The notes under the pieces: model-generated
The model's input: only the letters and a program-made list of their open reading frames with translations
The model's database searches: none
What the model was told of the DNA's origin: nothing
Made by a program: the position numbers and the translations under genes
Source of the DNA: a virus
IMG/VR virus record: IMGVR_UViG_3300032278_000003
Span: 2,968 to 66,967 of that record
Length of the DNA: 64,000 nt
Direction: 5' to 3' (one strand)
Part shown: piece after piece, positions 1 to 8,430 of the stretch
Position numbering within the stretch: position 1 is the stretch's first letter
How the letters are laid out: each line of letters begins with the position of its first letter

Positions 1-1932
1 CGTAGACCAAGCTTTAGCATAATCTCCAGAAAATGGTGAATCGCTAATTTCTGCGTCAGAAGGAGCAGCAACAAAAGCTTCGATGGCTGGAGCTAGCTCA
101 TTCTCAACAGGGAGATCTAAGTAAAGCAAGTGATTAGTTGACTTGAACTTGTGCGGGTCGGTGTTTAAAACTTTAGAAATGTATGACGGATGCTCTGGAT
201 CAAGTGACGTAGTGATTGTCCTGTAAATTGTTTTATTATCAGAACTAATAATAAGAAGCTTAAACTCAGAAGAAGCAATTGCTGCGCGGCCGTCGGTCTG
301 GAGAACATTAGAGAAATTACCTCCATCGCCTAAAGCAAAAGCTATCGGATCGATGGCGGCGTCTGTGTCTGTCCGGACAAATTCCAAATTATCTACAGTA
401 TTGGTAATAGAAGTATTTCCTGATTGTCCCTTAACGGCCTGCGTTATTACAAGGTGAGTTTTTCCGCCGGCGGCGCCGATGGCTGCATAAGTAAAAGCAG
501 CTCCGTGAGTTGCGACTAAAGCAGCTCTTAATTGAGTTAAGAAATCAGCTATAGTACTAGCATCTGTTAATGCTAACGCGATATCGTTTTCCGCTCCTGC
601 AGTCTGAGCGCCTCCAGAAAAAGAAGTTCCTGGCTCGAAGACGACTGTGCCGGCGTTGTTAGCAAACGTAACGCTATGAGCTTGTTCACCGGGTCGTGTT
701 GCCCTAAGGGTGATATTCTCACCATCATTACCGTTAATCGCAAAAATCCCTGGTATACCACCGACAGCTGCTTGGGCTTGGAGAGCTCCACCAGCGGGGT
801 CGTTGTCGCCCGATGTGCCGGCAGCAGCAAACCGAATCTTAGCGTCGCCGGCGACACCGTTAATCGCTTTGACTACTAAATCTCTAATAGCAGTATCGGC
901 GATACCGTTAGCGTTAATACCAATTCGATTATCAGCTTCGTCTGGAAGTCCAGTTGCATCGATTAATATCTGAACGCCCGCAGCCGGACCACCGGCGTTT
1001 ACTGGTACTGTAATTGTAAAAGCATTGTCATCCGCGACGCTGTCCAACTCAAGTTTGTTTGCAAGATCAGTGGGTAAAGCCGCAGTAATAAGAGCCCTAG
1101 CACCTAAAACATTTCCTGTCACTAAAGCTGTCTGTGCTGTGGCTGAGTCTGTATCTGAATTTACCGAATCAACAACAACGTATGTCTTCGAATTTGGCGT
1201 ACTTCCATTGTGAGAAATCAGGGTAATTTTATCGCCGAAAGTATAATCAGCATTTGCTGTTGTTCCCTGTATCTTAACTGACGCGTTAACGTCATCCCCG
1301 GCTGGATCATAATCACTGTACGTAAATGTATCCGCGGATGCCATCGCTGTCAAGCGATAACCGCTAGTCGTATAAACTACGCCGCGTAAAAGCTGGGTTT
1401 CAGCTCCGCGGTTTACCTGAACGCTTGGGTTATCGTTAAGGATGGGATACGTTACAAGAGCGGACTGCGAAGATCCGGCGACATTTAAATCATGATTTGC
1501 TGTAATAAAATAGACACCACCTTGAAGAAGATTCTGAGATACTGCTCTAACTCCCGCGGCCCTCTTTACCAAGTTAGCTGACGTCGCGCCATGTACCTTA
1601 AAACCGGCTCCCTTGACTATACCAGCAGTTCTAGTGTTATCGCGGTCTGCCGCGGTGGCGTTTCCGCCCGCACCTAAAACTCTCATGAAAGTCAAAGCCC
1701 GCTTATTCTTAAGGAACTCAAACGCCGCATAAACAGCTGGAAGGTCTGGGTGGAGGTCACCGAACCTGTTTATAAAATCTGTAAAATCACCTACTGTCAC
1801 AGGGACAAATGCAGGACCCTTTGCTGCTGTGCCCACAACGCCTCCAGGAATTCCTGAAGTTGCCTGTCGCCTTGCCGCAAGGTCGATTTCTCTCTCAAAA
1901 AACCCTGGGGATCTGAATGTTTGCTCTACCAT
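1..1932 (-). CDS. Contractile tail sheath protein (T4 gp18-like), 5' part; runs off the left edge of the window
   Basis: Not in the ORF track because it has no stop in the window. Manual translation from ATG at 1932 (AGGAG SD upstream) gives MVEQTFRSPGFFEREIDL...VVGTAAKGPAFVPVTV...FINRFG...EFLKNKRALTFMRVLG, the typical sheath N-terminus (SPG-x-x-x-REID, G-x-A-x-KGP, F-x-x-x-FG, RV). It lies downstream of the neck genes. Confidence 0.92.
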   Translation of the reverse strand, partial: MVEQTFRSPGFFEREIDLAARRQATSGIPGGVVGTAAKGPAFVPVTVGDFTDFINRFGDLHPDLPAVYAAFEFLKNKRALTFMRVLGAGGNATAADRDNTRTAGIVKGAGFKVHGATSANLVKRAAGVRAVSQNLLQGGVYFITANHDLNVAGSSQSALVTYPILNDNPSVQVNRGAETQLLRGVVYTTSGYRLTAMASADTFTYSDYDPAGDDVNASVKIQGTTANADYTFGDKITLISHNGSTPNSKTYVVVDSVNSDTDSATAQTALVTGNVLGARALITAALPTDLANKLELDSVADDNAFTITVPVNAGGPAAGVQILIDATGLPDEADNRIGINANGIADTAIRDLVVKAINGVAGDAKIRFAAAGTSGDNDPAGGALQAQAAVGGIPGIFAINGNDGENITLRATRPGEQAHSVTFANNAGTVVFEPGTSFSGGAQTAGAENDIALALTDASTIADFLTQLRAALVATHGAAFTYAAIGAAGGKTHLVITQAVKGQSGNTSITNTVDNLEFVRTDTDAAIDPIAFALGDGGNFSNVLQTDGRAAIASSEFKLLIISSDNKTIYRTITTSLDPEHPSYISKVLNTDPHKFKSTNHLLYLDLPVENELAPAIEAFVAAPSDAEISDSPFSGDYAKAWST

Positions 1933-2059
1933 GTATGGATTCTCCTGTGATTCACTTGTGCAACCACTGTATAACTATTTTCTAAAAACTCTAGTTTCTC
2001 GTGGTTCTTCATATTTATTTTTTATAAAAGCCACAAAATTTGATAATATTCCCCTTTTT

Positions 2060-3313
2060 TCAAAGCAAATCATCTAATTTTAAAATCGGATCACTCGGTC
2101 TAAAAATTGTCTCTCCCGATTTTTTATTTTGTTCTGTGACTCTTACCTCGGTAACAACCGTTGCTCCCGTTAGTGGATCTTGAGTTTCTACTCTTCGTAA
2201 GTCTCCCAAAGATCCTATATTATTATTTAGTGTTGTAGAACCCAAAGAATCCAGTTTTGATTCAATTTGTTTACCAGTCAATTTACCAACTGCCTGCTTT
2301 GGGACTGAACTTAACTCGTGCTCTAAATCGTTTAACACATAATCATCGACATCTGATGAGGGTACATTTGAAACATCGCCATCGGGTTTCTTCATATTCA
2401 TACCCTCGTGAATTGTAAAATTAATGCTTGGTGCCGAGACGAATCTTCTGATCGGAGACGGTTCACCGATGCTGCGTGGAGCAATCAAGTAAGCCGGCAC
2501 TTTCATCGTTATTGAACACTTTACCAATCTCTCTTCATCAGTAAAATCATCAAAGTTAGCTTCTGGGCTTAATTCATCCTGAACTAACGCGGAAAAATAA
2601 TAACCCTTATTAGTATCTAGGCGAAAAGATGGTCGGTTATTGTTTGTGTAACCACCCATGAATATCGTCAGCATCTGATTCATCTGTTGTGTATACTGGC
2701 ACCACATCGTGATCTGGTAATTGGCGGTGTAATGCTTGACTGGCGGGATCTCATATATCTCGTAAATGTTAGTAGAAAAATCACTAGAGACCAATGGGTT
2801 CCTCGCCACGCCAGAACTGACACCTTTTTTTAATAATTTTTTGCCAGCTTCAGATTCATTGTGAGCGGTATCAAGCGACGGAGCTGTTGCTAACTGATCG
2901 TCATTGTTAATTCCCTGCTTATTGATGTAACTTTGAAGCCTAGCATCATCTGGCGCAATCTTCTTCCTAACAATCATCGGCATGTTCTCGCCGACACCCG
3001 GTGTCTGAGTTATTCCCGTCCTCATGATAGAGATAAGCGGTAATATCAGGGCGTTGCTTGAATCTCTAAGGGGTTTCTTCCGCGCTAAAAGGGCAAACCT
3101 TTCGCCAGTCGCGAAAATGACCGGAACTTTCATTACCTTCTTGTTAGACTCAACTAAGAAATTTAGTTCTTTTTCGAAAAGGTTAAAGACAGATCGATCA
3201 ACGTCTTCTATAGTACATGATGGTATGTCAAAACCGTCAACTTGTTCACCATCTTGGTAACCCAGATCAGTCTTGCCACCGACGCCGGTTTTTACGCTGT
3301 ACCTAGTTGCCAT
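2060..3313 (-). CDS. Tail terminator / tail completion protein (T4 gp15-like)
   Basis: 417-aa ORF with KVPVIFATGERF, LILPLISIMRTGI and YQITMWCQYTQQMNQML, resembling gp15 motifs; it sits between the gp14-like gene and the sheath. Confidence 0.65.
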   Translation of the reverse strand: MATRYSVKTGVGGKTDLGYQDGEQVDGFDIPSCTIEDVDRSVFNLFEKELNFLVESNKKVMKVPVIFATGERFALLARKKPLRDSSNALILPLISIMRTGITQTPGVGENMPMIVRKKIAPDDARLQSYINKQGINNDDQLATAPSLDTAHNESEAGKKLLKKGVSSGVARNPLVSSDFSTNIYEIYEIPPVKHYTANYQITMWCQYTQQMNQMLTIFMGGYTNNNRPSFRLDTNKGYYFSALVQDELSPEANFDDFTDEERLVKCSITMKVPAYLIAPRSIGEPSPIRRFVSAPSINFTIHEGMNMKKPDGDVSNVPSSDVDDYVLNDLEHELSSVPKQAVGKLTGKQIESKLDSLGSTTLNNNIGSLGDLRRVETQDPLTGATVVTEVRVTEQNKKSGETIFRPSDPILKLDDLL

Positions 3314-3975
3314 TAGTCATCACCATAAAACGAAGAACTGATCGAAGCTTCATCTCCTTTTTTAGAAACTTCCACCACTTTCTCCGGAGCTTCTATCTTA
3401 TTTTGTGTAATCAACGCGCGGACGTCGCCCGTGTTGCCTAGCTTGTTTGTATCTTTACCTCGTTGTTGCACGAATTCATCCTGTATAGCATCTTCTTCTG
3501 CGGATGCCTGATCTGTTGGTCCATGTGGCAATATATCAATCTGTCCTTTTCTCGCTTGCTTGCATGCTAGCTTGATGCCCGTCTTATACTCTACTTGACC
3601 GAAAATCAAAGCAGTAAACTGTGCGCTAGTGATTTCAAAAAATATGTCGCCAAAACTTAAGTAGTCACCCTCTTTGAGTTCAAGACCACGATCTAAAATA
3701 TCTCTATAATGAATATACACCTGGATTGTTTTCATCATCTCAGAGCCAAACTTTGTAGTTTTGATCGCTGATGGGTCCCAATCGACTCGAGCTTCTACCT
3801 CTATCGGTGGATCGAAAACTTTTGTGATTGCTTCCTCATAAATCTCATGTATGTCTGTCAAATCTGTTCTTACTTTATAGTAAAATATCTTTTGACCGAT
3901 GACATCTTTATTGATCTCTTTAGTCAGATCAGATATGAAATCAATTTCTCTTGGTGTTATAAAAAGTCTTGCCAT
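3313..3975 (-). CDS. Neck / head-closure protein (T4 gp14-like)
   Basis: 220 aa; GQKIFYYKV...IYEEA...EGDYLSFGDIFFEITS resembles gp14; follows the gp13-like gene and overlaps the next start (TAATG). Confidence 0.65.
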   Translation of the reverse strand: MARLFITPREIDFISDLTKEINKDVIGQKIFYYKVRTDLTDIHEIYEEAITKVFDPPIEVEARVDWDPSAIKTTKFGSEMMKTIQVYIHYRDILDRGLELKEGDYLSFGDIFFEITSAQFTALIFGQVEYKTGIKLACKQARKGQIDILPHGPTDQASAEEDAIQDEFVQQRGKDTNKLGNTGDVRALITQNKIEAPEKVVEVSKKGDEASISSSFYGDD

Positions 3976-3981
3976 TATGCG

Positions 3982-5148
3982 TTATCCAAGTGTTATTGCT
4001 TTACCTAACGGAATTGGTACTGACTTTAGCACGGTTTTAATAGCTTCAGCAGATTCTGCTTCTCCCTTTAAGAGATTACCATAAGAAAGGGTATCTAACA
4101 GCTCAACCATCTTCTCAATTAATTTTGTTTGATCTTCTCTACCTTGAGAAATCAATTCCGAACCGTTCAAGCTTAAATCACCATCCGGAAGCGGAACGCT
4201 GGAAAATTTTGATCTTATGAGCCCAAGAAGCTCTTTGCTTAGCGCTAAGCCGTACTGCCTAACCCACTGTCGACCGATCTCATTAATTTTTTCATACCTC
4301 AGATTTCCGAAAGGAACATTCGATAAGTTAGATACCCCAAAAATGGTGCCATCTTCAATGTGAGGGTTTAACGGATCGGGATTAAACGCAACTCTAAAAA
4401 ACAGTTTTCTATCTGCAACTTGCGGAACGGGAAAAATCCTTAACTTGCTTCCCATTAGCTGATAAGAATAATTGGAACGCCGGACACGGTTGCTAATATC
4501 CATCTGTCCGGCTCTTAAAATGTCTTCGAAAACTGGCAAGACATAAAAAACAGTCTCTGGAGTGAATGACTCGAAAGCAAACTCGTTATTCAAGTAATTG
4601 ATAGCTGAAGATGTGTCAAAAAACCGGTACTGTGCTTGCGGTGAGAAATGCATGACTTCCATAATCTTCATGCGAGTCCGTGGACTATTCACGCTGCTGC
4701 TGACCATCAAAGTCCCATCGGAAGCTTTTAGCTCTTCGTACACATCATAATCTTGACGCCCGACTTCTAAAGCGATAGATCCAGAAAATATGTTATATGA
4801 CCCCCCGACACCAGCCTCGCTGGCATACGGTTCAGCCGCACGCAAAAGAAACTCTAGGTTTTGTCTTGGGTGTAGCTCTTCAGCCCCCTTGAGGGAACCG
4901 GTCGGGATACCTAATAGATTGGTCAGCTGTGACTTGCCATGAGCTTCTAGAACGATTCTCCCGTACTCGAGGAATGATTCTTCGAAACAAGACCAGATCT
5001 GTTTCTTTGTTAGCTCAACGCTAAGAATATCGTCACCCAGTTTGCGTTTGACAAAAGTCACCATCGAATCGGCTTCACGCGCGAAAATGGGATCTTCGTC
5101 AAAAAATCCGAATGGGGTGGGTCTAAGGGTACTAGTAAAAGAAGACAT
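3982..5148 (-). CDS. Neck / head-tail adaptor protein (T4 gp13-like)
   Basis: 388 aa; KRKLG...VELTKKQI at the N-terminus and WVRQYGLALSKELLGLIRSKF...LNGSELISQG at the C-terminus are characteristic gp13 motifs; AGGAG SD. Confidence 0.85.
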   Translation of the reverse strand: MSSFTSTLRPTPFGFFDEDPIFAREADSMVTFVKRKLGDDILSVELTKKQIWSCFEESFLEYGRIVLEAHGKSQLTNLLGIPTGSLKGAEELHPRQNLEFLLRAAEPYASEAGVGGSYNIFSGSIALEVGRQDYDVYEELKASDGTLMVSSSVNSPRTRMKIMEVMHFSPQAQYRFFDTSSAINYLNNEFAFESFTPETVFYVLPVFEDILRAGQMDISNRVRRSNYSYQLMGSKLRIFPVPQVADRKLFFRVAFNPDPLNPHIEDGTIFGVSNLSNVPFGNLRYEKINEIGRQWVRQYGLALSKELLGLIRSKFSSVPLPDGDLSLNGSELISQGREDQTKLIEKMVELLDTLSYGNLLKGEAESAEAIKTVLKSVPIPLGKAITLG

Positions 5149-5149
5149 G

Positions 5150-5185
5150 TCTCACTCCTAAACTAAATATGGAATAGGAGTGAGA
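5150..5185 (-). promoter_or_regulatory. Perfect 11-bp inverted repeat that pairs the gp13 SD, with an ATATTTA promoter-like motif in its loop
   Basis: Plus strand tctcactccta (5150-5160) and taggagtgaga (5175-5185); the loop contains taaatat (5164-5170), which reads ATATTTA on the coding strand. Confidence 0.7.
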
Positions 5186-5201
5186 ATATCTTTGAGATAT
5201 G

Positions 5202-5229
5202 AAGAAACTAGAAATGAAATCTAGTTCTT
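5202..5229 (-). terminator. Possible weak intrinsic terminator/hairpin after the paralog triplet
   Basis: Coding strand AAGAACTAGA-TTTCATT-TCTAGTTTCTT immediately after the stop at 5231; AU-rich stem with no long U tract. Confidence 0.35.
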
Positions 5230-5230
5230 A

Positions 5231-5569
5231 TTAGCCAAGGCTTCTTATGCACACCCAGCTTGAACCATCGAATACAGCAAGAACCCAATCTCCGATATTC
5301 GTAAGTCGTATGTCGCCGGTAGTACAGTTTGTGCCTAAAACATCACAATGAGCTTCCGAATCTGATACTATTAACTTAATAGCGCCAGTTGTGGCTGCAG
5401 CTGGTAAAGTTAAATCGTTACCTGCAACGAAGCCATCAGCGACGATTGTCAAAAATGTCGTAGCGTCTAACGCAGCAGTCGCTGCGACTGTTACTTTTGA
5501 GTCAATAGCAAAGCCGTTACCAGTCGCGCTTTGGACTAAACCTTTTACAAAATCTATATCAATTTTCAT
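5231..5569 (-). CDS. Small virion (probable capsid decoration/cement) protein, paralog 3
   Basis: 112 aa; MKIDIDFVKGLVQ...LDATTFLT...TLPA...GAIK...GD...FDG..W pattern shared with two upstream paralogs; AGGAG SD. Function inferred from position near the MCP. Confidence 0.55.
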   Translation of the reverse strand: MKIDIDFVKGLVQSATGNGFAIDSKVTVAATAALDATTFLTIVADGFVAGNDLTLPAAATTGAIKLIVSDSEAHCDVLGTNCTTGDIRLTNIGDWVLAVFDGSSWVCIRSLG

Positions 5570-5581
5570 TTTAATCTCCTA

Positions 5582-5911
5582 TTAACCGTTAGTTCTCATT
5601 ACTTGCCACTCGGTACCATCAAAGATACAAATAGCGCCGTCGCCGACTGCATTGAATGTAATGTTGCCAATAGTGGCATTGGCGCCCATAAGCTTACTAC
5701 CCACAGCAACCGTGTTGACTACTACCTTGATAGCACCGGTAGCGGCTGAAGCCGGTAAGGTACATTCATGAGCCGTTTCTATTTCTGTCAAAAAGGTAGT
5801 AGCATCAAGAGTAGCATCACCACCGTTTACTACGACTCTTGAATCGATACCAAAACCTGCGCCCGATTCTTGGACGAGGCCTTTTGTGAAATCTATATTA
5901 ATCTTTGGCAT
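5582..5911 (-). CDS. Small virion (probable capsid decoration) protein, paralog 2
   Basis: 109 aa, MPKINIDFTKGLVQE...; AAGGAG SD. Confidence 0.55.
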   Translation of the reverse strand: MPKINIDFTKGLVQESGAGFGIDSRVVVNGGDATLDATTFLTEIETAHECTLPASAATGAIKVVVNTVAVGSKLMGANATIGNITFNAVGDGAICIFDGTEWQVMRTNG

Positions 5912-5922
5912 TTCTATTCTCC

Positions 5923-6258
5923 TTAACCGTTAGTTACAAGAACTACCCAGGCAGTTCCGTTATAAATGCAAACAGCGCCGTCGCCGATTTCACCGAAAGT
6001 TATATCAGCGCCACCTTCGGTGACGGCATTGGCTGCCTTAATGACTCCAGCAGCTGCAGCAGTCATAGCAAGAACTTTGATAGCTCCAGTTTCTGCTGAA
6101 GCCGGTAAAGTTACTTCGTGGGCACCGGCAACTTTGGTTAAAAATGTCGTAGCGTCTAACGCAGCATCGTCAGCAATTGTAACGCTAGAATTAATACCAA
6201 AACCCGAACCAGTCTCTTGAACGAGACCCTTCGTAAAGTCTATATTAATTTTTGGCAT
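5923..6258 (-). CDS. Small virion (probable capsid decoration) protein, paralog 1
   Basis: True start is ATG at 6258 (MPKINIDFTKGLVQE, identical N-terminus to paralog 2, AAGGAG SD), not 6291 as in the ORF track. Confidence 0.55.
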   Translation of the reverse strand: MPKINIDFTKGLVQETGSGFGINSSVTIADDAALDATTFLTKVAGAHEVTLPASAETGAIKVLAMTAAAAGVIKAANAVTEGGADITFGEIGDGAVCIYNGTAWVVLVTNG

Positions 6259-6274
6259 GATCTTTCTCCTTTTT

Positions 6275-6332
6275 TGTCTGCAAGATTCCACACCGCCGGC
6301 AGGGTCGACTGATCAAAATGATGCGGGCCTAC
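6275..6332 (-). ncRNA. Candidate structured 5'-leader RNA upstream of the paralog triplet
   Basis: GC-rich island in AT-rich intergenic DNA between a promoter-like ATAATTA (6336-6342) and the SD; it can be folded by eye into a long interrupted hairpin (GCAUCAUUUUG/UGGAAUCUUGC and AUC-A-GUCG/CGGC-GGU). Confidence 0.35.
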
Positions 6333-6369
6333 TAATAATTATAGTAGAAGAATGGATTTACAGGTATTT

Positions 6370-6684
6370 TTACAGACCGGCTTTTCTTAAAAGCGTGAGA
6401 AGACGATTGTCATGACGAATATTAGCCCAATTTTTAATAACGCTAATTAACTCGTTGTTATCGTTGTTATCGTTGTTATTGTTGTTAGTGTTATTTGTTT
6501 GAATCGCTGTCAACTGTTCTTTCAAATTAGCGATCTCGTTAACTAGCGTATTTACTGTATTAGCTACCTGATTTACTTCTTCACGAGTAGCTGTGATGGG
6601 TGTTGTCTTATTTGTTGTCGTCTTCGCTGTGGTCGTTGCGGGGTTGGTCGTGTTCTTTGTCGCTCGGCTCTTTGAAACTGCCAT
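6370..6684 (-). CDS. Hypothetical Thr/Asn-rich coiled-coil protein
   Basis: 104-aa ORF with a strong AAGGAGG SD; low-complexity N-terminus, heptad-like middle and an Asn/Asp run. Confidence 0.7.
   Translation of the reverse strand: MAVSKSRATKNTTNPATTTAKTTTNKTTPITATREEVNQVANTVNTLVNEIANLKEQLTAIQTNNTNNNNNDNNDNNELISVIKNWANIRHDNRLLTLLRKAGL
6452..6487. repeat. 9-bp tandem repeat (cgttgttat) encoding N-N-D units
   Basis: tcgttgttatcgttgttatcgttgttattgttgtta read directly from the sequence. Confidence 0.7.
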
Positions 6685-6749
6685 GATATTGCCTCCTTTA
6701 GCTTATAACAAGCTGAATAGTTTATATCTAAGTTTATATCAATTTAAGA

Positions 6750-8309
6750 TTAATCGTTTAATAAACCGGCCAATTTATTCCAACGCGCGAGAAGCAAATC
6801 ACCTTCGCTCTTTTTAGTACGCGCTGACTCGTCTTTAATTGTGACTTTCTCTGTTGGGTTAGTACCACCACCGAAAAGATCGCCGGACCACGGTACTTTG
6901 CCATGTTTGCTAGCTCCTCTGACTTTTGGTGGGCTTATCTTTTTCATGTATTTATCAAGATCACCGGGTGTGACTCCGGAAAATTTCATTTTCTCAAAAG
7001 CGGCGATTACTTTTTCTTTTTCTTCGTCTGTTAATCCTGTTGGTAATCCACCACCGGCTTTATCGACAGCTTCATCATCCAAACCAGCAACTTTGGCCGC
7101 ATATTTTTCCATGCCAGCAAGTGATCTTGCACCGGTGGCAGGTCCATCAGCTTCATCATCACACCCCTCGATATCTAAATGACCCGTACCAGATCCCAAA
7201 GGTTCACAGATTGCGTTACCAATCGGTTGACCATCAACGACTACGCCCTCTGGATCAAACGGTTCTGGCGGGAAATATAAATGAATCTGGTCAAATCCAG
7301 CTGCTTCCATAGCTTCAATTGCGGCGCCCTTCTTGGCAATCTTTCCGGTTTTATCAATATCTGGACCGGCTGCAAAAATACGATCAACTTCTGACTGCGC
7401 TACTCGACGGCCACCAGTTGAAGCTCGGTGAAGATTAGCAATCCTAGTTCTTTCAGCTGGTTGGTGGATATAAACACCGATAATCTTAAGGCCGGCGAAA
7501 TCTGCATCACCCTTTAGGTTTCCAAGCGCAGCAATTCTTCCGGTATCAGCAGTTGACTCACCGGCTTGATCAGCTAAGTAAACTGTTGCGTAAGGAGTCT
7601 CACCAATCTCTTTAATACCATCCATTAAACTCTTTAGTTCAGTCTTAACATCACTCATGTACCGCGCCGCCGCTGCTGCTCTGACACCTAGCGTCGGTGA
7701 CCCATCGCTTGGGCCCATCATCTCATTAGTTGCACTATCTAAACCATCAATTGATTTTGAAAAACCACGGGCTTGCGTAAAGAATGCTTTGGTGTTCGGA
7801 AAACCAGCAAACTCATCACCGCCACCAGCACCTTTGACTTTTTCAAAAGCTGATTTGCTAAGAATCGAAGATAACTCAAACTTCTTACCCTTTTCATTAA
7901 CATGAAAATACTCACCAACAATTGAATCAAAATCCTCGCCAGCATCAACGCGCTTAGATATCTCATTAAAAACTGCTGGAGCTAACGTCTCTTGCGTCAC
8001 ACTAGTCATGGCTTTGTCTTCTTCTTGAAACTGTTTTGTACCAGCATCGCCCAAATCATCGAGGTAATCTTCAAAATTCTTTTCTTGGTTTGCACCAATA
8101 AAATCACCAATCGCTTTTTTAGCAGCGCCCTTACCCGCAGCAGGTGGTCCGTATAACGCAACCAAAGTTATCGGTTTGGCATCAGCGGCTTGAACTTGCT
8201 GAGCTAGCTCAGTTTCGGCTTCCCTTAAAATCTGTCGCAGCTTCTTTCGTCTCTTGAGTTTAGGCTTATTGACGTTTGGGATATCGTATAACTCTTTTAG
8301 CGTTTTCAT
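6750..8309 (-). CDS. P-loop kinase-like protein (zeta-toxin/AAA_33-like), possibly head-packaged
   Basis: Walker A LYGPPAAGKG; lid-like RIANLHRASTGGRRVAQSEVDRIF; N-terminal LRQILRE and C-terminal RWNKLAGL resemble head-protein motifs. Confidence 0.6.
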   Translation of the reverse strand: MKTLKELYDIPNVNKPKLKRRKKLRQILREAETELAQQVQAADAKPITLVALYGPPAAGKGAAKKAIGDFIGANQEKNFEDYLDDLGDAGTKQFQEEDKAMTSVTQETLAPAVFNEISKRVDAGEDFDSIVGEYFHVNEKGKKFELSSILSKSAFEKVKGAGGGDEFAGFPNTKAFFTQARGFSKSIDGLDSATNEMMGPSDGSPTLGVRAAAAARYMSDVKTELKSLMDGIKEIGETPYATVYLADQAGESTADTGRIAALGNLKGDADFAGLKIIGVYIHQPAERTRIANLHRASTGGRRVAQSEVDRIFAAGPDIDKTGKIAKKGAAIEAMEAAGFDQIHLYFPPEPFDPEGVVVDGQPIGNAICEPLGSGTGHLDIEGCDDEADGPATGARSLAGMEKYAAKVAGLDDEAVDKAGGGLPTGLTDEEKEKVIAAFEKMKFSGVTPGDLDKYMKKISPPKVRGASKHGKVPWSGDLFGGGTNPTEKVTIKDESARTKKSEGDLLLARWNKLAGLLND

Positions 8310-8377
8310 TGAATCTCCAGTAAAGCATCAAGGGTGATGATCATCAAAATATAAATATCATCCTCAGCGACAAAAGT

Positions 8378-8406
8378 AAAAAAAAAGGGTGGCCCGAAGA
8401 CCACCC
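8378..8406 (-). terminator. Rho-independent terminator after the major capsid gene
   Basis: Coding strand GGGTGGT-CTTCGG-GCCACCC followed by T9; cUUCGg tetraloop as in T4-like terminators. Confidence 0.92.
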
Positions 8407-8430
8407 TTAGTTCATAGGATTAAAAACCTA

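Noticed and set aside
6275-6332. tRNA or terminator explanation for the GC-rich intergenic segment
   Set aside because: There is no T-loop (TTCRA) or cloverleaf and no U-tract after the stem on the coding strand; it is kept only as a candidate leader RNA.
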